A stretch of 64,000 nt of DNA from contig JABGZQ010000064.1 in NCBI GenBank assembly GCA_018674655.1, positions 9,019 through 73,018 of the forward strand. The letters are read 5' to 3'. A program made the position numbers and the translations under genes. Positions within the stretch are counted from its first letter, which is position 1, and each line of letters begins with the position of its first letter. A model generated the notes under the pieces. That model searched no databases, was not told the DNA's origin, and saw nothing but the letters and a program-made list of their open reading frames with translations. The stretch comes from Fidelibacterota bacterium. GTDB taxonomy: Bacteria; Fidelibacterota; Marinisomatia; Marinisomatales; TCS55. Shown piece after piece: positions 28,136-36,980 of this stretch.

Positions 28136-28612
28136 ATGGTTGACATTCGAGATATAAAAATTCTGGAAATTCTGCAAAAAAATGGCCGTTCTACAGCAAG
28201 CGAAATAGCTAAAGTAGTTGATTTATCTATTCCAGCCGTTGGGGAGCGTATTAAAAAACTAGCCGATAAAGGGTTGATCGAACGCTTTGTAGCCATACTA
28301 AATCATAAAAATGCAGGATTGGATTTAACTGCCTATGTATTTATTGTCAGTGAGCATTCAGACCATTATGATGAATTTGTAAACAAAGCGAATGAGAACA
28401 TGGAAGTAATGGAATGTCATTCGATTACCGGTACAGGATCTCATCTACTTAAAATTCGTGTAAAAAACTCACAAGCACTTGAAGATTTTTTATATGAAAT
28501 TCAAAATTGGCCCGGCGTATCAAGGACTCAGTCAAATGTTGTTCTTTCTACATATAAAGAATCTACAGATATTGACTTAAAAACTTTAAAGGAAATACAC
28601 AATATTACTTAA
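28136..28612 (+). CDS. lrp: Lrp/AsnC-family transcriptional regulator
   Basis: 158 aa. It has an N-terminal HTH (DIKILEILQKNGRSTASEIAKVVDLSIPAVGERIKKLADKGLI) and a C-terminal RAM/AsnC_trans_reg domain (MECHSITGTGSHLLKIRV). Confidence 0.88.
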   Translation: MVDIRDIKILEILQKNGRSTASEIAKVVDLSIPAVGERIKKLADKGLIERFVAILNHKNAGLDLTAYVFIVSEHSDHYDEFVNKANENMEVMECHSITGTGSHLLKIRVKNSQALEDFLYEIQNWPGVSRTQSNVVLSTYKESTDIDLKTLKEIHNIT

Positions 28613-28766
28613 TTAGTAACGAATCTATTGTTTATGCTTAAAAATATTGGTAAATTAAATAAGGGTGTAAATGGCGTATTTTTCATAGAAAATCCCGAGA
28701 AAAACACGGAATCAACAAGCTCTCATTAAGAGTTAATAAATAACTCGTTGATTATTATTTAAGGAT

Positions 28767-28794
28767 CGCCCCTCTCGCAAGGCAGGGGCTTTTT
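28767..28794 (+). terminator. terminator-like hairpin plus U-run 28 nt upstream of the gltB start (candidate attenuator)
   Basis: GCCCCT (28767-28772) pairs with AGGGGC (28783-28788) and is followed by TTTTTT (28789-28794). The gltB ATG is at 28823. Confidence 0.55.
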
Positions 28795-28822
28795 TATTTC
28801 CTTACAGATAAAAAGTAAAATC

Positions 28823-31800
28823 ATGGTAAAAGAAAAGATATATCCACTGGTAGATCAAAACGCATTCCACGATGCTTGTGGCACTGGATTTATCGTATCA
28901 CATTCAGGCAAACCGGAGAAGCGAATCCTACCCTTGGCGATTAAAGCACTCCAACGATTGGCGCACCGTGGTGCAACATCGGCTGATAATGAAACAGGGG
29001 ATGGGGCCGGAATCCTCACGGATATACCAAGGCTTTTTTTTCAAGAAGTTTTAAAAGAAGACCTCAATATTAAGCTTCCATTTAGGCGTCCATTTGGTGT
29101 AGCCATGGTTTTTACTACGCGGCGAGAATTCAATTGGCTTGAAGAAATAGCAAGAAAAAAAGCAAAAGAAAACGGGTTTAAAACATTAGCCGTACGGGAA
29201 GTGCCCGTCAATGAGAATACCTTGGGGAAAACAGCAAGAAAATTGCAGCCGTTCATTATTCAGTTTTTTTTCACTGTAGCGCAAAAAGAAAACCGACCCA
29301 TAGAAGCACGCCTATACTTATTAAGAAAATCGATTGAAAAGGAGATCAGGGAGAAAAAGAAAAAATCTTATATTTGCTCATTATCTTCAGATACAATTGT
29401 TTATAAAGGTCTAATGACATCCACTCAATTGGATTGTTATTACACAGACCTTACCCATAAAAAGTATATTGTAAAATTGGCATTATTCCATGAACGGTTT
29501 TCTACAAATACTCAATCAACGTGGGCAATGGCTCAGCCCTTTCGGATGTTGGCTCACAATGGTGAAATAAATACTATAAAGGGCAACCGTCTTTGGATGC
29601 ACGCTCGGGAAAAAGTTATTCAATCACAATTTTGGACGGATGATATTGATATACTAAAACCGATCGTAAGTAAAAGCGGCAGCGACTCAGCCAGTATGGA
29701 TAATATTCTAGAATTTCTGACAAAAAGCGGTCGCAGTATTTTCAGAAATATCATGATGCTGGTCCCCGATCCTTACGAGTATAATAAAATAATACCATCA
29801 GCATTAAAGAGTTTTTTCATTTACCATGAAAATTTTATGGAGCCTTGGGATGGTCCCGCTGCATTAGTCTTTACCGATGGAAATTATGTGGTGGCCAAAA
29901 TGGATCGTAATGGCCTCCGCCCTTTACGCTATACTGTTACCAAGGATGGATTGATTATCATGGCTTCAGAAGCTGGTGTTGTTGACGTTGAAGATAATAA
30001 TCTTCTGGTTCATCATCATATGACCTCCGGAGAAATATTTGCTGTTTCTCTTAAAGGGAAAGGTATTCTTCTTAATGATAGGATCAAACGTGAAACTGCC
30101 GGAGAAAGGCCCTATTCCAAATCATTGAAGCAGCACATGTCTTCAATAAAAAGAAAAGATGTAAATGAAGAATTTGGGATTTACGGCTTGCCAAAAGAAG
30201 GGTTTGACCAACGGCTCCGCGTTGCTTTTGGATGGTCATCAGAAGATCTAACGCGATATTTGATTCCTATGGCAACCAGTGGCAGAGAACCTCTGGGTTC
30301 AATGGGAGATGATACGCCGCCGGCTGTCATGTCCCAGCACGATCGTCGTTTTTATGATTATTTTAAACAAAGTTTTGCTCAGGTTACTAATCCCCCGATT
30401 GATTCAATTCGAGAAAGAAGTGTCATGGCTCTTTTTAAATACTTGGGTTCAGAAAATAATTTGCTGGATGAAAATCCAACTTTTGGTGGTGCACTTCGGA
30501 TTGAAAGTCCGATTTTATCTCCTCTGGATATTATCGAACTTTTTCATAGAAAAGAGAATTATCCTAACGAAAAAATTTCAACCCACATATCTATAGATAA
30601 GGATTTAGATACTCGCTTAAAATCGATAAAGAGAAAAGCAAAGGTAGCTGTTGAGAAAGGGGCAAAAATTATATTTTTATCCGATGAGAATTTGATCGAA
30701 GGCAAATTGCCCTTACCCATGCCATTGGTAGTCTCAGCGATTCACCATCATTTGGTTAAATATAAAATGCGAGCCCAGGTATCATTGATCCCCATCTCCG
30801 GCGATATTGTTGAAGATCATCATGTGGCAGTTTTAATCGGTTTGGGGGCCAGCGCGGTTTACCCCTATATGGCGTATGAACTGATTCGTGAACACTTTGC
30901 CAATGACGAAGACTGGCCCGACAAAATGGGCAATTATCGATATGCACTTGAAAAAGGTCTGCTTAAAATAATGGGTAAAATGGGCATATCCACCTTAAGC
31001 AGTTACCACGGCAGTATGCTGTTCCACGCTTTTGGGCTGGATCATGAATTTCTGAAAAAATATTTTCCTTCGATTCAAAGCATAATTGGCGGAATTGGCT
31101 CAAGCCAGATTTATAGAATTTTACTCAAACGTCATGATGCTGCTTTTGAATCGGTAGAGCCGGAGTTTATTGAAAAGGGATATTTCCGTTTCCGGCGTAA
31201 TGGTGAAAAGCACGGCTTTGCCCCTAAATATTTTAAACCAATCGGGCAAAAGGCCCAGCAAAAAGAGGTAAAGTCGACAAAATCAGACGAATTTATTTAC
31301 CTGCGTAATTTGATGACTATAAAGAGCCATCGTAAATCGATTCAAACAGATCAAGTTGAATCGACTCAAAAAATATTAAACCGGTTTGGATCTGGCGCCA
31401 TTTCATTTGGGGCTATTTCAGAAGAGTCCCACCGTGTATTGGCGCGAGGAATGGCCATGGCTGGTGCCCGCAGCAATACGGGCGAGGGGGGTGAAATGGA
31501 AGATCGGTACAGCCGTACCAATCCGGACAAAGATGTGAATTCGTATATTAAGCAGATCGCCAGTGGCCGTTTCGGTGTATCGGTAGATTATTTAGCCGCC
31601 GCTCGTGAAATTCAGATTAAAATGGCTCAGGGGGCCAAGCCGGGCGAAGGGGGTCAATTGCCGGGGCATAAAGTTTCAGCTCAAATTGCCCACGCCCGGT
31701 CTGCCACACCGGGGGTGCCATTGATTTCGCCCCCTCCCCACCACGATATTTATAGCATTGAAGATATCAAGCAGCTCATCCATGATCTAAAAGAAGTGAA

Positions 31801-33295
31801 CCCCCGAGCAAAAGTATCTGTAAAACTGGTGGCTCAACCGGGCGTAGGAACGGTTGCTTCTGGTGTTGCCAAAGCCGGCGCAGATATTATTCTCATTTCC
31901 GGCGGAGATGGCGGCACAGGTGCAAGCCCTTTGGGTTCTCTAAAGCATACCGGTTTTCCTTGGGAATTGGGCCTTTCCGAGACACACCAGGCTTTGGTAG
32001 CCAATGGTTTAAGAGAACAAATAATTCTTCGAGTTGACGGCGGTTTGAAAACAGCCAGAGATATTGTAATGGCAGCCATTATGGGCGCCGAAGAATTTGA
32101 TTTTGGCACATCGGTGATGGTGGTACTAGGTTGTGTCATGGCGCGGCAATGCCACCTTAATACTTGCCCTGCGGGAATCGCCACCCAAGACAAGCATTTC
32201 ATTAAAAAATTTCGTGGGAAACCAGAAAATATAAAATATTATTTGGAAGCAATAGCAAAATCGATCCAGCAGCAAATTGCCGAGATGGGCTTTCAAAAAT
32301 TGTATGACATTATTGGCAGAACCGATCTGTTGGTCATGGATGCCACTGCAAAATCTGTCATAAAAGAAAGAGGATTAGATTTAAAATCCATTATTAATCC
32401 TGAGTCGAAGAAGGGATTACCATTGGCGAGTTCATTAAAGGTCCGTCTGCAGGGGGCTCGCAATGATGACAGTCTTGATGACGAAATTTTGAATGAAGTC
32501 CGACCTGCGATCATGACTCATGGTCATGCGGTCGTTATCAAAAGTGTGAATAATACGATGCGATCGATTGGTACACGTATATCGGGCGAAATTGCATTCC
32601 TTTATGGCAAAGGCAACTTTAACGGCAATATCCAGATACGAATGGGTGGTGCTGCAGGCCAAAGTTTTGGGGCATATTTGACAGATGGTGTTGAATTGCG
32701 TTTAAAAGGGGTTGCCAATGATTATGTTGGCAAAGGTCTTACCGGTGGATTGATTTCAGTAAGGATGCCTCTGGCGGTGCGTCGTAAAAAAGGTGAGCAT
32801 ACAATTATTGGGAACGTAGCCCTTTATGGCGCCACAGGGGGACATTTGTTCGTAGCCGGAAGGGGTGGTGAAAGATTTGCCGTAAGAAATAGTGGTGCCG
32901 CCGCTGTGATTGAAGGAGTTGGGAATCATGGCTGTGAGTATATGACCCGCGGTGCCGTGGTTGTTTTGGGGGAAATCGGAGCCAATTTTGGCGCCGGGAT
33001 GACAGGTGGCCAAGCTTTTGTTTATGCGCGCAATAAGGCCATTTCAAAAAAACTGAATAAAGAATATGTGCGAGAAGATGATTTGACCGAAAGTGATATC
33101 AACCTCCTTTACCGTTTACTGCGAAACCATGAATTTCATACTGGGTCTGTTATTGCTAAAAGCATCATGGCGGATTGGGAAACGCATCAAGTATATTTTC
33201 GTCGGATTACACCCGTGGCATTAGAGATTGTTGATTTCCAAAATATTTATGATATGCAGGTTGCTGACAGGATGGGCGTAATGCTAAACGAGTAG
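28823..33295 (+). CDS. gltB: glutamate synthase large subunit (GOGAT alpha chain)
   Basis: 1490 aa. Ntn amidotransferase Cys after a short propeptide (HDACGTGFI); LAHRGA; FMN/Fe-S domain (NTGEGGE, KMAQGAKPGEGGQLPG, SPPPHHDIYSIEDL, CHLNTCPAGIATQD); C-terminal GXGXG beta-helix domain. Confidence 0.95.
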   Translation: MVKEKIYPLVDQNAFHDACGTGFIVSHSGKPEKRILPLAIKALQRLAHRGATSADNETGDGAGILTDIPRLFFQEVLKEDLNIKLPFRRPFGVAMVFTTRREFNWLEEIARKKAKENGFKTLAVREVPVNENTLGKTARKLQPFIIQFFFTVAQKENRPIEARLYLLRKSIEKEIREKKKKSYICSLSSDTIVYKGLMTSTQLDCYYTDLTHKKYIVKLALFHERFSTNTQSTWAMAQPFRMLAHNGEINTIKGNRLWMHAREKVIQSQFWTDDIDILKPIVSKSGSDSASMDNILEFLTKSGRSIFRNIMMLVPDPYEYNKIIPSALKSFFIYHENFMEPWDGPAALVFTDGNYVVAKMDRNGLRPLRYTVTKDGLIIMASEAGVVDVEDNNLLVHHHMTSGEIFAVSLKGKGILLNDRIKRETAGERPYSKSLKQHMSSIKRKDVNEEFGIYGLPKEGFDQRLRVAFGWSSEDLTRYLIPMATSGREPLGSMGDDTPPAVMSQHDRRFYDYFKQSFAQVTNPPIDSIRERSVMALFKYLGSENNLLDENPTFGGALRIESPILSPLDIIELFHRKENYPNEKISTHISIDKDLDTRLKSIKRKAKVAVEKGAKIIFLSDENLIEGKLPLPMPLVVSAIHHHLVKYKMRAQVSLIPISGDIVEDHHVAVLIGLGASAVYPYMAYELIREHFANDEDWPDKMGNYRYALEKGLLKIMGKMGISTLSSYHGSMLFHAFGLDHEFLKKYFPSIQSIIGGIGSSQIYRILLKRHDAAFESVEPEFIEKGYFRFRRNGEKHGFAPKYFKPIGQKAQQKEVKSTKSDEFIYLRNLMTIKSHRKSIQTDQVESTQKILNRFGSGAISFGAISEESHRVLARGMAMAGARSNTGEGGEMEDRYSRTNPDKDVNSYIKQIASGRFGVSVDYLAAAREIQIKMAQGAKPGEGGQLPGHKVSAQIAHARSATPGVPLISPPPHHDIYSIEDIKQLIHDLKEVNPRAKVSVKLVAQPGVGTVASGVAKAGADIILISGGDGGTGASPLGSLKHTGFPWELGLSETHQALVANGLREQIILRVDGGLKTARDIVMAAIMGAEEFDFGTSVMVVLGCVMARQCHLNTCPAGIATQDKHFIKKFRGKPENIKYYLEAIAKSIQQQIAEMGFQKLYDIIGRTDLLVMDATAKSVIKERGLDLKSIINPESKKGLPLASSLKVRLQGARNDDSLDDEILNEVRPAIMTHGHAVVIKSVNNTMRSIGTRISGEIAFLYGKGNFNGNIQIRMGGAAGQSFGAYLTDGVELRLKGVANDYVGKGLTGGLISVRMPLAVRRKKGEHTIIGNVALYGATGGHLFVAGRGGERFAVRNSGAAAVIEGVGNHGCEYMTRGAVVVLGEIGANFGAGMTGGQAFVYARNKAISKKLNKEYVREDDLTESDINLLYRLLRNHEFHTGSVIAKSIMADWETHQVYFRRITPVALEIVDFQNIYDMQVADRMGVMLNE

Positions 33296-33473
33296 TTTTT
33301 GCCTTAAAGTACAAGAGTCTGGAGTCGGCACACCTAAATTATTAATGTAAATTATAAATAAATATTAATTTAATATTGTACTATTGCTTTATATATTTTA
33401 TATTAATGGCATATATACCTAAATAAATAATGTATTTATACCATTTATCATAATAAATAAAGGATACAGAATC

Positions 33474-34091
33474 ATGAGAAAATCACTGATTTTAACATTA
33501 ATAACAACTGCCATAACCGCAGTTGGATATGGCCAATCCAGCATTGGGATTGATATTTATAACCGGTATCTATGGCGTGGGACTGATTTCGGAAATGCAG
33601 CGGCACTCCAACCCTATCTCGAGTTTAAAAAAGGGGATTTATCTTTCGGAGCCTGGAGTTCTTGGGCTGTGAATAGTGGCAGCGCCAATGAAAATGATAT
33701 CTATGTTTCTGCCGAGTTTAAATCTTTTTCCCTGACCGTTACAGATTACTTTTTCCCAGGATATGAAGGAGGGGATAAACTTTTCGACTACTCAGAAAAA
33801 GCAGGTTCTCACTTTGTGGAAGCCAGTCTGAGCACATCTTTGGGACCCGTTGGTATTACAGCCGGATATTTTTTCGTCGATCCGGATAAATCCACCTACA
33901 TTGAAGCCAGTTACGGGCCGCTGTCAGTGGGTGCTGGGAATGGGATGTATACAATCGAAGGAGAGGATGAGAAAGATTCTTTCCAGGTTGTAAATGTCGG
34001 TCTCACCGCAAGCCGAGAGCAGTTTACGGCAACCTATGTAATTAACCCGCAGCAGGAAACATCATTTCTTGTGTTCGGTGTTAGCTTTTAA
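33474..34091 (+). CDS. small outer-membrane porin-like protein (TorF/Gcw_chp-like) preceding amt
   Basis: 205 aa with signal peptide MRKSLILTLITTAITAVGYGQ. NRYLWRGTDFG and ALQPYLEF resemble motifs of this beta-barrel family. It ends FLVFGVSF. Confidence 0.5.
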   Translation: MRKSLILTLITTAITAVGYGQSSIGIDIYNRYLWRGTDFGNAAALQPYLEFKKGDLSFGAWSSWAVNSGSANENDIYVSAEFKSFSLTVTDYFFPGYEGGDKLFDYSEKAGSHFVEASLSTSLGPVGITAGYFFVDPDKSTYIEASYGPLSVGAGNGMYTIEGEDEKDSFQVVNVGLTASREQFTATYVINPQQETSFLVFGVSF

Positions 34092-34108
34092 TCGAGGGAA
34101 CTCAAATA

Positions 34109-35401
34109 ATGAAAAATAAAATACTTTGGTGTATCTTTTTTTGCATGGGTTCATTACTCATGGCGCAAGATAGCTTGTCTCTTGAGGTGAATGCTTATGC
34201 TATAGATAACCTATTTTTGTTTGTCTGTGCCGTACTTGTGTTATTTATGCAGGCTGGATTTGCCATGTTGGAAGCAGGTTTAAATAGCGCCAAAAACACA
34301 GTAAATATCCTCTTTAAAAACATAATGGACTTGAGCGCCGGTGCCTTGCTTTACTACATTCTTGGATATGGTCTGATGTATCCAGGTGATGGGAATGGGT
34401 GGTTTGCATTTGCAGGATTCGGCGTAAGTGAAGCCGGGGTAGATCCCGCGTCAGGCGCACTCCATCCCCAGGTGGATTGGCTTTTTCAAGTAGCCTTTGC
34501 GGCCACAGCTGCCACGATTGTTTCGGGCGCGGTTGCAGGGCGGTTGAAATTTTCAGCGTACCTGATATACTCAGTAGTACTAACGGGAATTATCTATCCT
34601 ATTAGTGGTTACTGGAAATGGGGCGGCGGCTGGCTAGACCAACTGGGCTTTTATGACTTTGCTGGATCACTCGTTGTTCACGCATTAGGTGGATTTGCAG
34701 GATTAGCCGGTGCTATCGTCCTTGGACCACGACTTGGACGATTTGGAAAAAACGGCCATTCAAAAGTTATTCCCGGATCAAACCTTGCGCTCTCTGCCCT
34801 AGGCGTATTAATCCTTTGGGTTGGTTGGTATGGGTTTAACCCAGGAAGTCAATTGGCTATCAGCGGTGCTGCCAATACTAACGCGGTTATGCTTATTGCC
34901 GCAAATACGACTTTAGCGGCAGCGAGCGGCGCTGTGGCTGCAATGTTAATGGCCTGGTCACTGTATAAGAAGCCAGATTTAACAATGGCCCTTAACGGCG
35001 CATTGGCAGGACTTGTAGGCATCACGGCTAACTGTGATTCAGTTACAAATATTGAATCAATTATCATCGGTTTAGTGGCGGGTTTATTAGTTGTTTTAGG
35101 TATTAAGCTCTTAAATAAACTAAAAATTGATGATCCTGTAGGTGCATGGCCCGTTCATGGTTTGTGTGGTATTTGGGGTGGTATTGCCACTGGTTTATTT
35201 GGCGGGCATCCTTTAGTTGCCCAGATTATTGGATCTATTGTCATTCCAGCATGGGCATTCATAACTATGTTTATTCTTTTTTCAATTTTGAAATCTGTAG
35301 ATTTACTCCGTGTTTCTGAAGAAGAAGAACTTATTGGTTTGGACATCAGCGAACACAAGGAAGAAGCATATGCTGGTTTTCAAATTTTTACTGTAGAATA
35401 G
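34109..35401 (+). CDS. amt: ammonium transporter (Amt family)
   Basis: 430 aa. MQAGFAMLEAG, FAATAATIVSGAVAGR, DFAGSLVVHALGGFAGLAGA, GWYGFNPGS, DDPVGAWPVHGLCGIWGG. Confidence 0.95.
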   Translation: MKNKILWCIFFCMGSLLMAQDSLSLEVNAYAIDNLFLFVCAVLVLFMQAGFAMLEAGLNSAKNTVNILFKNIMDLSAGALLYYILGYGLMYPGDGNGWFAFAGFGVSEAGVDPASGALHPQVDWLFQVAFAATAATIVSGAVAGRLKFSAYLIYSVVLTGIIYPISGYWKWGGGWLDQLGFYDFAGSLVVHALGGFAGLAGAIVLGPRLGRFGKNGHSKVIPGSNLALSALGVLILWVGWYGFNPGSQLAISGAANTNAVMLIAANTTLAAASGAVAAMLMAWSLYKKPDLTMALNGALAGLVGITANCDSVTNIESIIIGLVAGLLVVLGIKLLNKLKIDDPVGAWPVHGLCGIWGGIATGLFGGHPLVAQIIGSIVIPAWAFITMFILFSILKSVDLLRVSEEEELIGLDISEHKEEAYAGFQIFTVE

Positions 35402-35413
35402 GAGGAATAAAAA

Positions 35414-35758
35414 ATGAAACTAATAATTTCAATCATTCAGCCAGAAGAATTACCTGCTATTAAGGAGGAACTTCTTAAGCGCAAGATTTACAAGTTCACC
35501 ATCACTAATGCTAAAGGGCAGGGAAAAGAAATTCCCGTTCAAGAAGTATACCGAGGCATATCACACGAAATTACCCTGCTCATTAAAGTGAGATTGGAGA
35601 TTGCCGTGAATGATGAATATGTAGATGCAGTTATTGATGCCATCACAACTGTGGCAAAACAAGACGGCGACAAAGGTCGCGGAAAAATTTTCATCATGCC
35701 TATCGAAGAATGTATACGAATTCGAACTGGTGAAAAAGGTACCACAGCAATTGGGTAA
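35414..35758 (+). CDS. glnK: P-II nitrogen regulatory protein (GlnK-type by context)
   Basis: 114 aa, aligning without gaps to E. coli GlnB as I remember it (K.I..II.P, T-loop GQGKE...VYRG, KIFI..IEECIRIRTGEKG). It lies immediately downstream of amt. Confidence 0.9.
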   Translation: MKLIISIIQPEELPAIKEELLKRKIYKFTITNAKGQGKEIPVQEVYRGISHEITLLIKVRLEIAVNDEYVDAVIDAITTVAKQDGDKGRGKIFIMPIEECIRIRTGEKGTTAIG

Positions 35759-35867
35759 TTATGTATATTGCGCCATGTATTTCCTTGAAATAACTAAGAA
35801 ATGCTTTAATAATATAGGGGATACAGGCGTAATACATAAAATATTAATAAATGATTAGAGGACAAAA

Positions 35868-36878
35868 ATGGGATTAATTAAAGCTGAGTACATCTGGATT
35901 GACGGACATAAACCGACGGCTAAACTGCGGTCTAAAACAAAAGTATTTGATGGGCCGGTTAACAATTTAAATGAAATTCCTGAATGGGGGTTTGACGGGT
36001 CCAGTACTATGCAGGCAGAAGGGAAAAATAGTGACTGTATGTTGAAACCAGTTAATTTTATTCCGGATCCCATTCGTGGTGGTGATGATATTTTAATTAT
36101 GAATGAAGTTCGAAATGCGGATGGCTCCGTTCATGTATCCAATACTAGATCCCAGTTGGTAGAAATTGCAGAAAAATATAAAGATGAGGAAGCGTGGTTT
36201 GGTATCGAGCAGGAATATACTTTTTTTCAAGGTCGATCTCCACTAGGTTGGCCGGAGGGTGGTTACCCGGCCCCCCAGGGACCATTCTACTGTGGTGTGG
36301 GTGCCGATGAGGTGTTTGGTCGAGATATTGTTGAAGATCATATGGAAGCCTGTGTACAGGCGGGAATTGGTATTTCCGGCATTAATGCAGAGGTAATGCC
36401 AGGACAATGGGAGTTTCAGGTTGGTCCATTGGGCCCCTTAGATGCATCAGATCAACTTTGGTTTTCGCGATGGCTTTTGTATCGGATTGCGGAGGAATAT
36501 GGTGTTAATGCCACCCTTCATCCAAAACCAGTTTCTGGAGATTGGAATGGTGCAGGAGCACATACTAATTTCAGTACAAAATCAATGCGGTCAAAAGGTG
36601 GGTTAAAAATCATTGAAAAGGCTTGTGATGCATTGGGTAAAAAGCACGAAGAACATATTGCAGTTTATGGCGCCCACAATGAGGAACGCCTGACGGGGCT
36701 ACACGAAACATGCTCCATTCATGATTTTCGTTATGGTGTTAGCGATCGAGGTGCGTCTATCCGCATACCGATGGCTACGGCAAATGATGGATATGGATAT
36801 TTAGAAGACCGCAGGCCATCAGCCAATATGGATCCATATGAAGTGTGCGCAGCGTTGATTAATACCTGCTGTTCATAG
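35868..36878 (+). CDS. glnII: glutamine synthetase type II (eukaryote-like GSII)
   Basis: 336 aa. KAEYIWIDGHKPTAKLRSKTK, WGFDGSST, GIEQEYTFF, PQGPFYCGVGAD, NAEVMPGQWEFQVGP, KPV.GDWNGAGAHTNFST, DRGASIRIP, EDRRPSANMDPY. Confidence 0.92.
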   Translation: MGLIKAEYIWIDGHKPTAKLRSKTKVFDGPVNNLNEIPEWGFDGSSTMQAEGKNSDCMLKPVNFIPDPIRGGDDILIMNEVRNADGSVHVSNTRSQLVEIAEKYKDEEAWFGIEQEYTFFQGRSPLGWPEGGYPAPQGPFYCGVGADEVFGRDIVEDHMEACVQAGIGISGINAEVMPGQWEFQVGPLGPLDASDQLWFSRWLLYRIAEEYGVNATLHPKPVSGDWNGAGAHTNFSTKSMRSKGGLKIIEKACDALGKKHEEHIAVYGAHNEERLTGLHETCSIHDFRYGVSDRGASIRIPMATANDGYGYLEDRRPSANMDPYEVCAALINTCCS

Positions 36879-36906
36879 TATAAAAATCAAATAGCTACTT
36901 GTTTTA

Positions 36907-36937
36907 GAAGGCCTCAATTTGAGGCCTTCATTTTTTT
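36907..36937 (+). terminator. rho-independent terminator after glnII
   Basis: Perfect 9-bp stem GAAGGCCTC / GAGGCCTTC with a 5-nt loop, followed by A and T7. Confidence 0.85.
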
Positions 36938-36980
36938 AAGTAATTACGTAAACTCCTGTCACAAAAATGATCTCCAAAAG

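Noticed and set aside
28613-28822. Glutamine (glnA-motif) riboswitch in the gltB leader
   Set aside because: I looked for the conserved CGUUCA...GGACGGAAGUAG...AAGGAACG core and did not find it. Only a loose ACGGAAUCA is present. The region is kept as an unclassified structured leader instead.
33296-33473. Sigma-54 promoter or NtcA site upstream of porin-amt
   Set aside because: TGGCAT is present (near 33404) but is not followed by TTGC at the -12 spacing. No GTA-N8-TAC with correct spacing was found. The region is simply very AT-rich.
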